This document shows, in pieces, positions 12,301 through 25,116 of a DNA stretch of 64,000 nt; within the stretch, counting starts at the first letter, position 1, and each line of letters opens with the position of its first letter. A program made the translations under genes and the position numbers. The notes below the pieces were generated by a model. That model did not search any database and had not been told where the DNA came from. It saw only the letters and a program-made list of their open reading frames with translations. The stretch is from Octopus sinensis (lineage: Eukaryota), in assembly GCF_006345805.1 (NCBI RefSeq), contig NC_043018.1, positions 6,510,001 to 6,574,000 on the forward strand, given 5' to 3'.

Positions 12301-14370
12301 TTAGAATAAAACACCTTTTATCAATTCAATAATGAAAAATTAAATTATACCATTTAGAAAAATTACATATTATAGAAAGATTAAATATATGATAAAACAT
12401 ATAACAATGATTAAGTAATGTGCAAAATAATAAATAAAACGTATATATTTGGTAGAATAACGACGTGTTTCATGGCTATGTTTAAGAAATGATTATAGTA
12501 AAAATAATAGTAGTAGTAAAATCACTTCAATATAAATTATAGCACTCTTCAGGTTAAAGATAACAACAATAATAAAATAATTAATTAGATAAATTAATAA
12601 ATATACTTAAATAATCTTGTAAAATACGAAATATTTTAACAAATATATTCTTGTTTAAAAAATAAGATACAATTAATTAAAATATTTAAAACAATATATA
12701 TACACATACAAACACACACACACATGGGCAAGTGTCTTCTACTATAGCCTCGGCCCGACCAAAGCCTTGTGAGTGGATTTGGTAGACGGAAACTGAAAGA
12801 AGCTCGTCGTATATTTCTATATATATATGTGTGTGTTTCTGTGTCTGCTTGTTCCTCCAACATCGCTTGACAACCGATGCTGGTGTGTTTACATCCCCGT
12901 AACTTAGTGGTTCGGCAAAAAGAGACCGATACAATAAGTACTAGGCTTACAAAGAATAAGTCCTGGGGTCGATAGGCTCGACTAAAGGTGGTGCTCCAGC
13001 ATAGCCGTAGTCAAATGACTGAAACAAGTAAAAGAGTATATATATATGTATACCCATATATATATATATATATATATATGGAGATATTGTGTGACTGCGA
13101 AGAACCGACAAATGAAGTGAGTTCATGGCTCGCAGGATGGCCTGCTGTGCTAGAGTGACCCATTGTTCTTGAGGAAACCTATTGAGTCAAGTACATCAAC
13201 ATCAAAATAAAAATTCAAATGGAAATTGTAGTTAAGATACCCATGCCAGTGACGTGTAAAAAGCACTGTCCGAACGTGGCAGATGCCAGTGCCGCCTGGC
13301 TGGCGTCCGTGTCGGTGACATGTAAAGTGGCCATTTGCCAGCCTGCTCTGGCCCCTGTGCCGGTGGCATGTAACAAACACCCACTACACTCATGGAGTGG
13401 TTGGCATTAGGAAGGGCATCCAGCTGTAGAAACACTGCCAAATCAGACTAGAGCCTGGTGCAACCTCCATGGCTTTCAGACCCCAGTCGAACTGCCCAAC
13501 TCATGCTAGCGTGAAAAACGGATGCTAAATGATGATGATGATATATATATATGAGATACAAAATATAAATTAAGTGAAAACTAAATACTACAATTTAAAC
13601 TATATACATTAAAACAAATTATTAATTAATTAATTTATTTAATAAACATCCAAATAAAGTCTAATACCCATTAAGCAATTTATACTAAAATCCTTAATGT
13701 TAATTAATATACACAATGCTAGTACAAGCCATAAATACTGGAATCAAAAATAGGAAACGGTTCCAATATACACACACCCATTAGATAAACTAACTATATT
13801 ATTAATATATATGTAGTATCTATAGATTTAATATTTCACTCGATAATTGACCAAAATGTCAATTAATATAAAACTAATTTCCTTAAATGTAATACTATGT
13901 AATAAATATACCACCTAATTATTAAATAATGTATTGTCTTACAAAACTAATTCTCAAATTAAATTATATGTAATAAGTTAAATCGCATTATGAAAATAAT
14001 AATAAAGCATAATATATAAATATATATACATATCATAAAAAATAACTATCAAGAAGCTATATATAAAATTAATATTTCAACGACAATAATAATAACAATA
14101 ATAAAAATAATAATAATCAAACCCAATACAATTCAAAAGCCAAATAATATTGTTAAATAAAATACGTTACTTAGCTTGTCGATGAATATAACATAACTGA
14201 ATTTTAAACGTAAAAAAGTAGGTCTTCACGTTTATAAGAAATTAAACTCGTGAAGACATCGTTATATGTTTTATCTTATATTTAATCTTTCTATTATATG
14301 TAATTTTTCTAAATGGTATAATTTAATTTTTCATTATTGAATTGATAAAAGGTGGGTTTTTTTCTAGTTT
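12301..14370. repeat. AT-rich ~2-kb unit bounded by >100-bp inverted arms
   Basis: TTAGAATAAAACACCTTTTATCAATTCAATAATG... at 12301 is mirrored at ~14260-14370. Related arms occur at ~18730-18905, and a compact fold-back version at ~54576-54885. Confidence 0.75.
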
Positions 14371-14480
14371 ATATATATATATATATTATATTTTGTGAAA
14401 TTTGATTTAGTATTTCTAAATTGAATTTTTCCCTGTAAGTTTGGAATAATATTCCCTCATATTATTATTATTATCATCAT

Positions 14481-14511
<31 letters not shown>

Positions 14512-14616
14512 CACACACACACACACACATGTATATACATATATACAAAAAAAATTTTTTCAGAAGAAATAAAATTCCAAGTCTGCGAAATATTTTAGAA
14601 CATTTATAAATAGAAG

Positions 14617-14664
14617 GTCTCACAGCTGTTTCTGGGATATTTTATATATCCCTTCATCAGAGAC
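14617..14664 (-). ncRNA. Type-I hammerhead motif, family B (intact core, GUG triplet)
   Basis: Minus strand: GTCT-CTGATGA-A-GGGATAT(ATAAA)ATATCCC-A-GAAA-CAGCTG-TG-AGAC. Confidence 0.75.
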
Positions 14665-14929
14665 AGTGTGAGAAAATGGTTATAGTTATTTTAGATAAGA
14701 TATGAAACAGAGAATGAAGTGGAGGAATGTAAATAGACGTGAGAGGTGCAGGGATATTGCATATGTGGGTCCATTATTTAGACTTCTCATTTGCATAATC
14801 ACCAAACCTAGAGCTTAACTATAGTCTATCCATAGCACTTACTCAGCATCACCTGACACCTGTGAGTTTTATTGACACCATTACCTCTCATAACCTCTAT
14901 ACATATATACATACATTCATACATACATA

Positions 14930-16809
14930 TCTCTTATTATAAAAGGCAGATTTTATCTGCCTCCCTTTGTCTCTTATAGAAATCTACAATATAGGATTTC
15001 TTCAATTACAATTTACCTAGCATTTTCAAGAGTAGAATGCATCGGGTCGTGCCAGGTCCGGTTTTTAAAATTTCAACCCCAATTAAGCAAAATTTAGAGA
15101 AAACTCACATTGTGGTGTGTAAGTGAAGTGCTTTTCTTAGTGTGGGCTACAGCACACGCACACACACACACACAAAAACGGAGCGATCTGCTTCACTCAC
15201 GCTATCACCCTAATTTCTCCCACTTTCTCTTTGCAAGTGTACCTTAAACCACTACTAAAAAAAAAAACACAGCAAACAGAAACAAATAAATACATAACGA
15301 TTTACTCCTCACACAATTTCTTCAATTACAGTTTACCTATGATATTTCAAAGTACTTCCATTTGGTCATGCCATACAAAATTTCTTTCAATTTCACCCCC
15401 AATTAAGACAAAATTCGAGAAAACTCAATATTTTAACATTTCACTCCAAAAGCATTGATGTACATGTGTGCGTGCGTGAGTGTGTGTGTGTGTGTGTTTG
15501 ATGGGATGTGCGACACAGAAAGTGTGGTGTGTAAGTGAAGTGCTTTTGTTAGTGTGTGTAAAGAGACAGAGAGAGTACACATACCTACGTACACCTAAAG
15601 CACGCACACACACACACACACAAGCGGAGCGCGAACTTCAAAAGAACTTCGCGCGCTATCTATCTGGTTTGCCATTCCTCACACACACGCATACACATAC
15701 ATATATGACAGTGACAAACACAAACGTTTCAAACAACTACATAAAAACACGTGTGTGTTTGTTATTAGTAAAAAAGGCGCCAAACACAACTCACTTCTCA
15801 TTCGAACACATTTGCAAAAACACACCGACGGTCGAATTGCCATAACAATACAGAAAAGGTAAATTGGTTTTTAATTTACTTTCTGTCGTTAAATTTTGGT
15901 AGTATTAATTGGCGAGCGTACTTCTGTTGTCAATTGTTGACAGAAAGAAATTGTAAGCTAATAAGGTGTGTGTGTGTGTGTGTGTGTAGGAAGCGAAGGA
16001 TAAAAATATTGCAAGAAGTGGACAGATGTACATATATACATCCATACATACATGTGTGTGTGTGTCTATGTATGTGTATTAATGTGTGTGTGTTATCTCT
16101 ATATAAAGCTGAAGTTGTCTGTGTGCGCCACGTTTGGTAACCTATCTAACACTATCTCCTCCGAGACCCTGCGGCGCAAGTTGACCAAAATTGAGAGTAT
16201 AATAGAAGAAGGGTTGCTCTTCCTTCCATAGAACATAAAATTCAAATCGGACCATGTTAACACCAAAAATTATTTACATCAAAAAGCTGCTTTTTTCTAT
16301 GAAAATCCCTATTTTTTACGATTTTTTCACTGCTGTGTCGCCACTTTTCGGTGTATTTCGACCAGAAAAATGTTCACAAAATTTTTACTTTTCAAAATTA
16401 CAATTCCAGCGGGTCGAAACAAACCCGAGCAACGCCGGGCGATACTGCTAGTATATATATAAACAGCAAAATGTCCGTGTGTGTCCTTTATACAAATCCA
16501 TAATTTTTCAGTTAGGGGGCTTGCACTTTCTATGGTCATTCAAAACCGTTCAAGGGTGGTCGTGCACATCTTTACATTTCCCCAGTCACCCCGTAAAGCC
16601 ATTAAAAAATCAATAGAAATGACTGTTTTGTGAATTTTCTATCCAAAACCCAATCAAAATGCTCGAAACTTGATTCGCCAATTGAATGCCAGCTAGCTGT
16701 ATGTGATTGGTCGGAGATTTCGACAGTACTCGCGTGTATGTGCGCATGCACACAGCTGTATATGCATGCACTAGCACTATGATCCGGCAACACCGGGTCA
16801 TAGTGCTAG
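14930..16809 (+). mobile_element. Non-autonomous Helitron-like element containing a nested Helitron
   Basis: 5' A|TCTCTTATTATAAAAGGCAG; 3' hairpin CCGG-CAACA-CCGG then ...TGCTAG|T at 16806-16810. A second copy of the same 5' end starts at 16844. Pairing this 5' end with this 3' end is inferred. Confidence 0.6.
16096..16451 (+). mobile_element. Non-autonomous Helitron (356 bp)
   Basis: A|TCTCTATATAAAGCTGAAG ... CCCGAGCAACGCCGGG hairpin ... TGCTAG|T. Classic TC/CTAG ends, inserted in an AT dinucleotide, no TSD. Confidence 0.85.
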
Positions 16810-17302
16810 TGCATGCATATACAATATTTGGAATTGCTATATATCTCTTATTATAAAAGGCAGATTTTATCTGCCTCCCTTTGGGAGTTATAGAAATCTA
16901 CAATATAGGATTTCTTCAATTACAATTTACCTAGCATTTTTAAGAGTTGAATGCATCGCGTCATGCCAGGTCCAGTTTTTAAAATTTAAACACCAATTAA
17001 GCAAAATTTACAGAAAACTCACATTCTGGTGTGTGTGTCAAATGCTTTTCTTAGTCTGGTTTACACCACACGCAAACGCACACACACAGTGGGCAACGAA
17101 TAAAATGAAAGTAATTCACTTACTGTAGTGAGTGATTCTTTCACTCTGCCTCCCACTTCCTCTTTCCACACATAGACACGCAAATATATTAATAAAATTG
17201 TAAGCTAACGTGCGTGTGTGTGTGTGCATATGTGTGTGTGTGAGTGTGTGACAGGAAAGTTTTTTACGACGAATATAAGACCTATATCCAAGTAGCAGAA
17301 AG

Positions 17303-17575
17303 ATAAGACAGTAAGGTGTGATTTGAGGGAGATTTGGCTACTATTTCTACCATGTCTAGCTGCCATGTAGGGGTCTCCCTCATAGGCTCATACATACATA
17401 TATACATAGATAAGACAGTAAGGTGTGATTTGGGGGAAATTTGGCTGCTATTTCTACCAGGTCTAGCTACCATGTAGAGGTCCCCCTCATTGGCTCATAT
17501 ATATATACATACATAAGACAGTAAGGTGTGATTTGAGGGAGATTTGGCTGCTGTTTCTACCAGGTCTGTTAGGCC
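17303..17575 (+). repeat. Three tandem ~105-bp copies of a dispersed repeat fragment
   Basis: ATAAGACAGTAAGGTGTGATTTG(A/G)GGGA(G/A)ATTTGGCT...TTTCTACCA three times. Confidence 0.85.
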
Positions 17576-17928
17576 TTCTCATGTAAACTCAAGCTTTCTC
17601 ATGCTTTGAACATAAGACCAAAGCAGAGAATGTATTCTTTTATTCTTCTGCTTTTTCCAGCCATTGGTCTGTGGCCATGCTGGGGCAATGCCTTGAAGAA
17701 TTGTAGTTTAATGAATCAACTCCAGTTTTATTTTTGTAAGCATTGTACTTATTCTGTTTCCTTTGTCAAACCACTAGGTGACAGGGATGTAAACAAACCA
17801 ACATTCGTTGTCAAGCAGTGGTGGAGGACAATCACAAGCACAGACACGCACACACACACACATACATGCATACACATATACACACATACATACATACATG
17901 CATATATATATATGTGTGTATATATATA

Positions 17929-18166
17929 TTGCAGCGTGGAAGGTGCATTTAAGAAACACACAAAAACCGTTACATTCACTTCAACATTTAAATTTAATTT
18001 GCCAAAATATTTTCGTCGCTTTGAGACCGTGACCTGTTCACTGACAAAAATATCGTGCTAACAGGTCGTGGTCTCAAAGCGACGAAAATATTTTGACAAT
18101 GTTGAAGTGAATCTAACGGTTTTTGTGTATTTCTTAAATGGCTTATAAACACCTTCAACGCTGCAA
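17929..18166. repeat. Fold-back with ~100-bp arms and a degenerate hammerhead at the junction
   Basis: TTGCAGCGTGGAAGGTG...GAGACCGTGACCTGTT is mirrored by AACAGGTCGTGGTCTC...ACCTTCAACGCTGCAA. Confidence 0.85.
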
Positions 18167-18328
18167 CTGTTTTCGTTCCAGCACACGATCTCAGATCAAG
18201 TCACTTGCTATGCAAGTACATCTCTGTAACTATATATATATTTATATATATATATATATGTATATTGGTAAAAACAGTAAGATAACAAAAGAAAGAAAGA
18301 GACCTCAATATTATGTAAATAGAGGAAA

Positions 18329-18723
18329 TCTTTATATATAAAAGTGAGGTTGTGTGTCTGTCTCCTACGATTTAGATTCCTAACTACTCCCACATTTTGC
18401 GGTGCAGTTTAACCAAAAGCGGGTATCTTATAGTCGTGATTCATATCGAGACCGTCTGGGTATTAGCGCGCGTCTACGATGAGTCTACGATTTAAATAAA
18501 AATTTACCATCAATTTTTCCCATTTTTAATCCATTTTTGACATATATAAGGGAAGTAACTCTCTAAAATTTATTATTAAATCTCAGAACGTAAAAAGCTA
18601 CAGTAACACCCCTCCCCCTTTCTGGTTAGCCATATTGAGATGGCTATTATACTTTACATCTCTAAAAATGCTTATATAATTATTTCCCTTACAAACCCGA
18701 GCAACGCCGGGCGATACTGCTAG
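18329..18723 (+). mobile_element. Non-autonomous Helitron (395 bp)
   Basis: A|TCTTTATATATAAAAGTGAGG ... AAACCCGAGCAACGCCGGGCGATACTGCTAG|T. The 3' end is identical to that of 16096-16451. Confidence 0.85.
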
Positions 18724-19147
18724 TATATAATAATTATTAGTTGAGGGAATTATATACGTTTTTATTATTATTTTTTTGCAATTTACTTAATCATTGACAC
18801 TTTATTGTTATTTTAATTTTAATTTATTATATGTAATTTTCTAGATGGTGTAATTTAATTGTTTCATTTTGAATTGATAAAAGGTGGGTTTTTTTTCTAA
18901 TTATATATTTTCTAATTATATATTTTTTTCATACATATATGAAAACAAAACGAGGCAAGAGAAATAAAAGTGATATGTATTTGCACAACATTGTCCAGAC
19001 AATGGACATGAGTTGGAATAATAAAATAAGAACAGAAATAAACAAGTGAAGAAAACTATACAGTGTGTGTGTTTATGTGGTAAAAAAAGGAAAGAAATGA
19101 CTGTCCCAAAATACAACATATATATAAATACATACATATGTATATAT

Positions 19148-19188
<41 letters not shown>

Positions 19189-19367
19189 CATATATACATA
19201 TATATATATATACATACATATATACATATATATATATACATACATATATACATATATATATATATACATACATATATACATATATATATATACATACATA
19301 TATATATATATATATATACATACGTATATACATATATATACATACATATATATATATATACACATAC

Positions 19368-19399
<32 letters not shown>

Positions 19400-19488
19400 G
19401 CATACATATACATGTATATGTGTATATATATATGTGTGTATATATGTATATATATATATGTGTGTGTATATATATATGTATATATATA

Positions 19489-19529
<41 letters not shown>

Positions 19530-19570
19530 ATTTATATATATATATATATATACACACACATATATATGTG

Positions 19571-19612
<42 letters not shown>

Positions 19613-20134
19613 CACGTGAGAGAGAAAGAAAGATGTGTTGAGGGGGAACAAACGAAGACGTATGAGAGAAGGGGAGATAAAGAGGGAGAGGAATAGAGAG
19701 AGCGAAGAGCAAAGTGGTAACCAGCCATGGCAACCGCTGCAGCATGGTCACAATGGCGGCCTTAGCAACAAGTGGTTGACTTGTTAAGAGCAAGGCTGAC
19801 TCATTGATGAATCACAGGGGTCCTTGTGGATTCAAGTGATCGTTGGGACTTTGAGGTAAGTAGGAGTGTTAATAGTGGTAATGGTGGTGGTGGTGGTGGT
19901 GATGGGGATCTTGTTGCGTGTTAGAAGCAGGAAGCGGTGTTGGAGGTGTGACTGTGAGCTTGTTTAAGTATTGGCTTGCGTGTATGCATGGAGGCTAAAT
20001 AATTGATTATACTTGATATGCAACAACGAAGTCATGCATGCATGTACGTAAGTTGTATTTAAAGTTGAAATTAAGGTGTAGACAGGAAACATTAAAATGC
20101 ATGTATGTATGTATACGTATATGTATATGTATGT

Positions 20135-21080
20135 ATATCATTATTCAGTTTTATTTCAAGGTTTCTTGCCAATAGAGAAAGAGCTGGTTTCTAACCCTAG
20201 ATCCAAGGTTCCTTCATTGGAATTTCAACATGAACAACAGGGTATTTTTGTTTGTATGTATTTATGTATAGATGTATGTATGTATACATGCAGATTTGCA
20301 TTTTGTTTTAAGTATGTATTTCTCATGCATATAGTTGCATGTCTAGACATGTATGTATGTATGTGTGTGTGTATGTATGTGTGTATATGTTTGTATGTAT
20401 GTACGTATGTATGTATGTATGTATGTGTATATGTATGTATGTATGTTGTATGTATGTATGTATGTATGTATGTATGTGTGTGTATATATGTATGTACGTA
20501 TGTATGTATGTGTGTGTGTGTATGTACATATATGTGTGTGTGTATGTACGTATGTGTGTGTGTGTGTGTATGTATGTCAGTTTTATCTTAAGACTTTTGC
20601 TAATTAGGAAGCGCTGGTTTCGAATGTAGATCCAAGACTCCTTTATTGGAATTTCAACAACATCAACAGCTTATTTTTATATGTATGTGTGTATGTATGT
20701 ATATAGTTTCGTGACTAGACATGCATGCATACATACATGTACGTATGTCATTATCCAGTTTTATTTCAAGATTTCTTGCAAACAGAGAGAGAGAGAGAAA
20801 GAGAGAGAGTGAGAGAGAGAGAGAGAGATAGATAGATAGATAGAGAGAAAGCTGCTTTCTAATCTAGATCCAAGACTCTTTCCTTACAATTTCAATAACA
20901 TCAACTGGATATCTTTGTATGTGTGTATTTGTGCAGATTGCTATGTTTTTTAATGCATTCTCATGCATATAGTTGCATGTCTAGACATGTATGTATGTCT
21001 TCTGCTGTTAATTATTTAGATTCTTTTCCTGAACAAGGAACTGGTTTCTAACAGTGATACAAAGTTCTACCGTTACAGTG
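20135..21080 (+). repeat. Four degenerate tandem copies of a dispersed repeat separated by (TGTA)n/(GA)n
   Basis: CAGTTTTATTTCAAG...CTGGTTTCTAA..TAGATCCAAG...GGAATTTCAACA recurs at ~20140, 20575, 20750 and 21010. Confidence 0.7.
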
Positions 21081-21425
21081 TAAATAGCAAAAACAATGTC
21101 ACATTTTAAACTTAAGAAAACTCTTGCATATTTTTACTGTTCCACTTACAGATTATATTTGTGATGTGTGAATCAAATGTTTGATTTCTTTTTCTGAAGA
21201 TGTATGTGTGTGTGTGTACAGTGGTCTAGCTTGTGTGTGTAAGGGGCAACCCTTACGTTTGTCATCTCCGCCCCTTATACAGGGTTAAATAACAGACCCA
21301 AAAGCATTGCTTGGGCTGACTGCCCATCTCTTCTCCCCCCCACAGTAGCTACGCCACTGCATGTGTATGTATCCATGCTTCTCTCTTTCTCTCTCTTCCC
21401 CCTCTCTCTGTATATGTATATATGC

Positions 21426-21517
<92 letters not shown>

Positions 21518-21540
21518 ATATATATGTATATTATATAGGT

Positions 21541-21800
21541 GGAGGCGCAATGGCCCAGTGGTTAGGGCAGCGAACTCCTGGTCGGAGGATCGCAGTTTCG
21601 ATTCCCAGACTGGGTGTTGTGTGTGTTTATTGAGCAAAAACACCTAAAAGCTCCACGAGGCTCCAGCAGGGGGTGGTGGCCACAACTTTCTCTCACTCTA
21701 TCTTCCCGTTTCTTGAGTAACGCTGCAATGGAGTGGCGTCCCGTCCAGCTGGGGGGAATACATATGCCACAGGAACCAGGCCCATGAGCCTGGCTAGGCT
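21541..21800 (+). mobile_element. tRNA-derived SINE (family 2)
   Basis: A box TGGCCCAGTGG, B box GTTTCGATTCC. Other copies at ~27791, ~28016 (tandem pair) and ~29795. Confidence 0.85.
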
Positions 21801-21822
21801 TGAAAAGGGCGACGTTTGTTGT

Positions 21823-21857
<35 letters not shown>

Positions 21858-22507
21858 TGAGTGTTTTATTGAAGCTGGAAAACTTCAGAAACAGTTACTC
21901 AGGGTTTCCTGTAATCTTCACGCATGGGGACAACGGAGGATACTCCAGCATCAGTTCCAGCACAGTTTCTTGGCTGACTGCCCTTCCTAACACCAACCAC
22001 TTTTACAGAGTGTGCTGGGTGCTTTTTGCCTGGCTCCAGCACTAGTGAAGTCAGCTTGCAACTTGCAAGACTAAGGGCTGAAACTGAACCCTATAAACAG
22101 AATGTGAATAGAAGAAAGAATGAGCCAAGATTCAACTTAAGGGGTCGAGGGAGAGCAAAGCACAGTGAGAGTAAAATATTTATAGTTGGGAGAGGTTGAT
22201 AGTGGGGAGAGTTATAGAGAGAACATTATTGAGAAGAGAGTATGGAAGGGACAGAAGAAGGGAATAGATTAATGTCAGGAGATTACAGGTAAGTTCACCG
22301 TCATCAATTCATCGCAGGGGTGTTCACTGCCATCAATTCATCGCAGGGGTGTTCACTGCCATCAATTCACCATGAAGAAAGTTCATTGTGAACTCTAGAG
22401 TTTGAAAATAAGGATTTCTAAAATTCTTTTACTGTGAACTTATCTCTCCGTAAACTTTTCTTGTAGTGAACATTCCTTATGGTGAATTAATGATGCTGAA
22501 TATTTCT

Positions 22508-22948
22508 CTTATATTATTATTATTATTATAATAATAATGGAGTGGTTGTATACTGTCAACATAACGTGACAGTCCCGTAAGGGAATTACACCACCACAAT
22601 TTAGCCCCTAGGACCATCGACGCTTCCTGTCGGCTTTGACACATTTCCCGTGTCCGTATATTTGCAAAGGGGAGGCAAGCACCCCCACCAGCTAGGCATA
22701 GCAACCTGAAGACATGCATGTTTCTGGGTCTTACCTGTCATCAGTCCAGGGTAGTGAGTCCTGCTAGTTGGGATAGCTGCCCAGCCTTCACAAATATATA
22801 TATTTACAGTGAAATTTATTCACTGGTCAACATTCAGAATGGTCCTAGGGGCTAAATTGCGGTGGTGTAATTCCCTTACGGGACTGTCACGTTATGTTGG
22901 CAGTATACAACCACTCCATTATTATTATTATAATAATAATAATATAAG
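22508..22948. mobile_element. Inverted-repeat element (~110-bp arms) enclosing a hammerhead; Penelope-type terminus inferred
   Basis: AATGGAGTGGTTGTATACTG...TTTAGCCCCTAGGACCAT is mirrored at ~22838-22920. The flanking (TAT)/(AAT) tracts are also mirrored. Confidence 0.8.
22705..22750 (-). ncRNA. Type-I hammerhead ribozyme motif (intact core, GUC triplet)
   Basis: Minus strand: CCTGGA-CTGATGA-CAGGT(AAG)ACCCA-GAAA-CATGCATG-TC-TTCAGG. Stem I has 6 bp; stem III is palindromic. Confidence 0.8.
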
Positions 22949-22949
22949 A

Positions 22950-23210
22950 AAGCATTCAAGGACCCTTAAATGACGTTTGTAAAGGGTCCATGTCTCACAT
23001 AAGTAAAGGAGCAATGTCAGTACACATGCATGGTACACAGCAATTTTTGTTTGGTTTGTGATGCCATGCTGGGACCAGACACGAGACTGGAAGGAATCAG
23101 TTGCTCTCTGCAACCTGAAAGATATTTCATTATCCAGGGAGCAAGAATGGCTGAGCGTGCTGCCCAGGTAGAAAGACTTGTCTACCACTTTCAGAGGAAC
23201 AAAAGACAAA
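22950..23210 (-). mobile_element. RTE-clade LINE reverse-transcriptase C-terminal fragment
   Basis: VVDKSFYLGSTLS...SLDNEISFRLQRA...TKIAVYHACVLTLLLYLCETWTLYKRHLRVLE. Confidence 0.85.
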
Positions 23211-23902
23211 GACAGGTATACATACATACATGTATGTATGTATGTGTGTGTGTATATATATATATATATAAACAAAAATGAGCTAAGATAAATAAGTGAA
23301 AGTGGCATGTATTTGAATGAGATAAACAGAGTAGTTGTATTTCTTCAGAGAAGGACAGATGCGAGGGTATTTATGAGGCAAAGAAGCTGTAGGGAGAGGA
23401 CAGTGAGAAGGAGAGAGGGGGGAGAGAGGGAAACGAGGTAAAGGAGGAGAGCAGCAAGGAGCTGGATGTGCTACAGTGGTGGCGGTGCAGAACCGAGTGT
23501 GAATGCAGTAAAGAAATGTTCAAGGTGGAGAGGCTGTGGTGAAAGGATGGAGGGAGAAAGAGATAGAAAGGAGGAGTGGATGAATGCAGTGTGAGAAAGA
23601 ATGGCTAAAGACCAGAGTAGATGGGTGGTGTAATGGTGGGTCACAGAGATAAATTGACACAACAGAGATGCCACCCAGTACGAACTGAAAAAGATGTGAA
23701 CTGCACAAAACCAGAGCCAAGTCTTTGCCTTAAATCTCAGCAGGTCACCAGCACCTGAGCTGCAGCAGAGCCTTCTGAACACACTTCAGACTGATCAGCC
23801 ACAGCCAGACACACCGTGCTCCACATTCTCATGTCCCATCTGATGTCCTTGGTCATCATCGACAATAATGGACGAACTGATGATGATAATATTAATAATA
23901 AT

Positions 23903-24675
23903 AATGGTTTCAATTTTTGCCACAAGGGCAGTAATATTGGGGGAGAAGATGAGTCAATTACATCAACCCCAGTACGCAACTGAGACTTAATTTATCGACC
24001 CTGAAAGGATGAAAGACAAAGTTGACCTCTGCAGAATTTGAACTCAGAACAGAAGGACGGACAAAATACCACTAAGCATTTCACCGAATAATGATAATAA
24101 TGGTTTTGCCACAAGGAGAGCAGTTTTGGGGGAGAGGATGTGTCGATTACATTGACCCCAGTGTTCAACTGGTACTTATTTTACTGACCCCGAATGGATG
24201 AAAGGTAAAGTTGACCTTGGCAGAAATTGAACTCAGAACGTAAGGACAGATGAAATGCATTTTGCCCGGTTGTTAACAATTCTGCCAGCTCACCAAATAC
24301 TTTCTATGACAAGTGCAAGGCCTGAAATTTTGGTGGAAGAGGGCTAGTCGATTACATTGACCTCAGTATTTCACTGGTACTTAATTTATTGGCCCCTGAA
24401 AGGATGAAAGGCAAAGTCAACCTCGGCAGTATTTGAACTCAGATTGTGAAGATGGATAAAATACTGCAAAGCATTTTGCCCAGCTTAATAATGATTCTGT
24501 CGGCTCATTTACTTCTAATGGTTTCAAATTTTGGCACAAGACCAGCAATTTCGGGGGTGGAGAGTAAGTCAGTTACATCCACCCCAGTGCTGAACTGGTA
24601 CCTATTTTATCAATCCTGAGAGGATGATAGGTAGGGTGGACCTCGGCATGCTAATGATTCTGCCAGTTCACCAAA
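23903..24675 (-). mobile_element. Four tandem copies of SINE family 3
   Basis: Repeated CCCCAGT...GGATGAAAGGCAAAGTCGACCTCGGC..AATTTGAACTCAGA. Dispersed copies at ~28990-29400(+, tandem), 31370-31600(-), 41215-41375(+), 46110-46332(+), 47680-47900(-) and 53270-53470(-). Confidence 0.85.
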
Positions 24676-25068
24676 GGTAAGGTTAGGTGTTGGGTGGCAG
24701 TAGAGGTGATCCAGGTGATCCAGAGCTAGAATGTATTGGATGAGTGGGGGATGTGGTGTGGTGAGGTAGTCTAATACAGCCTCCTTTATGTTGGTGGAGA
24801 GAAGAGTAGAAAGGTGAGGAGTTTAGACTAAGAGTAAAATGCCTGATGTGGTCGGCACATATGGTGGAAAGATGAGAGATGGGCAGGGCGTTGACCCGTC
24901 TGGGTGATGAAGAACTACAAGTGTCATGGAAGAGATATTGAATAATTAATATATAAGTGGGTGTGTGAAGATGTAAAGGGAGCAGAACAGTAACGTAGGT
25001 TCGGAAGTAATATATGTGTGTGTGTGCGTATGTGTTTGTGTGTACATGTCTATATATCTTCTCACAGC

Positions 25069-25116
25069 GTCTCCGATGAAGGGATATGATAAATATCCTA
25101 GAAACAGCTGTAAGAC
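25069..25116 (+). ncRNA. Type-I hammerhead motif, family B (core U4>C, GUA triplet)
   Basis: GTCT-CCGATGA-A-GGGATAT(GATAA)ATATCCT-A-GAAA-CAGCTG-TA-AGAC. Confidence 0.7.

Noticed and set aside
21540-21615. tRNA-like sequence with A and B boxes
   Set aside because: It continues into a shared SINE body in four copies, so it is a SINE head and not a tRNA gene.
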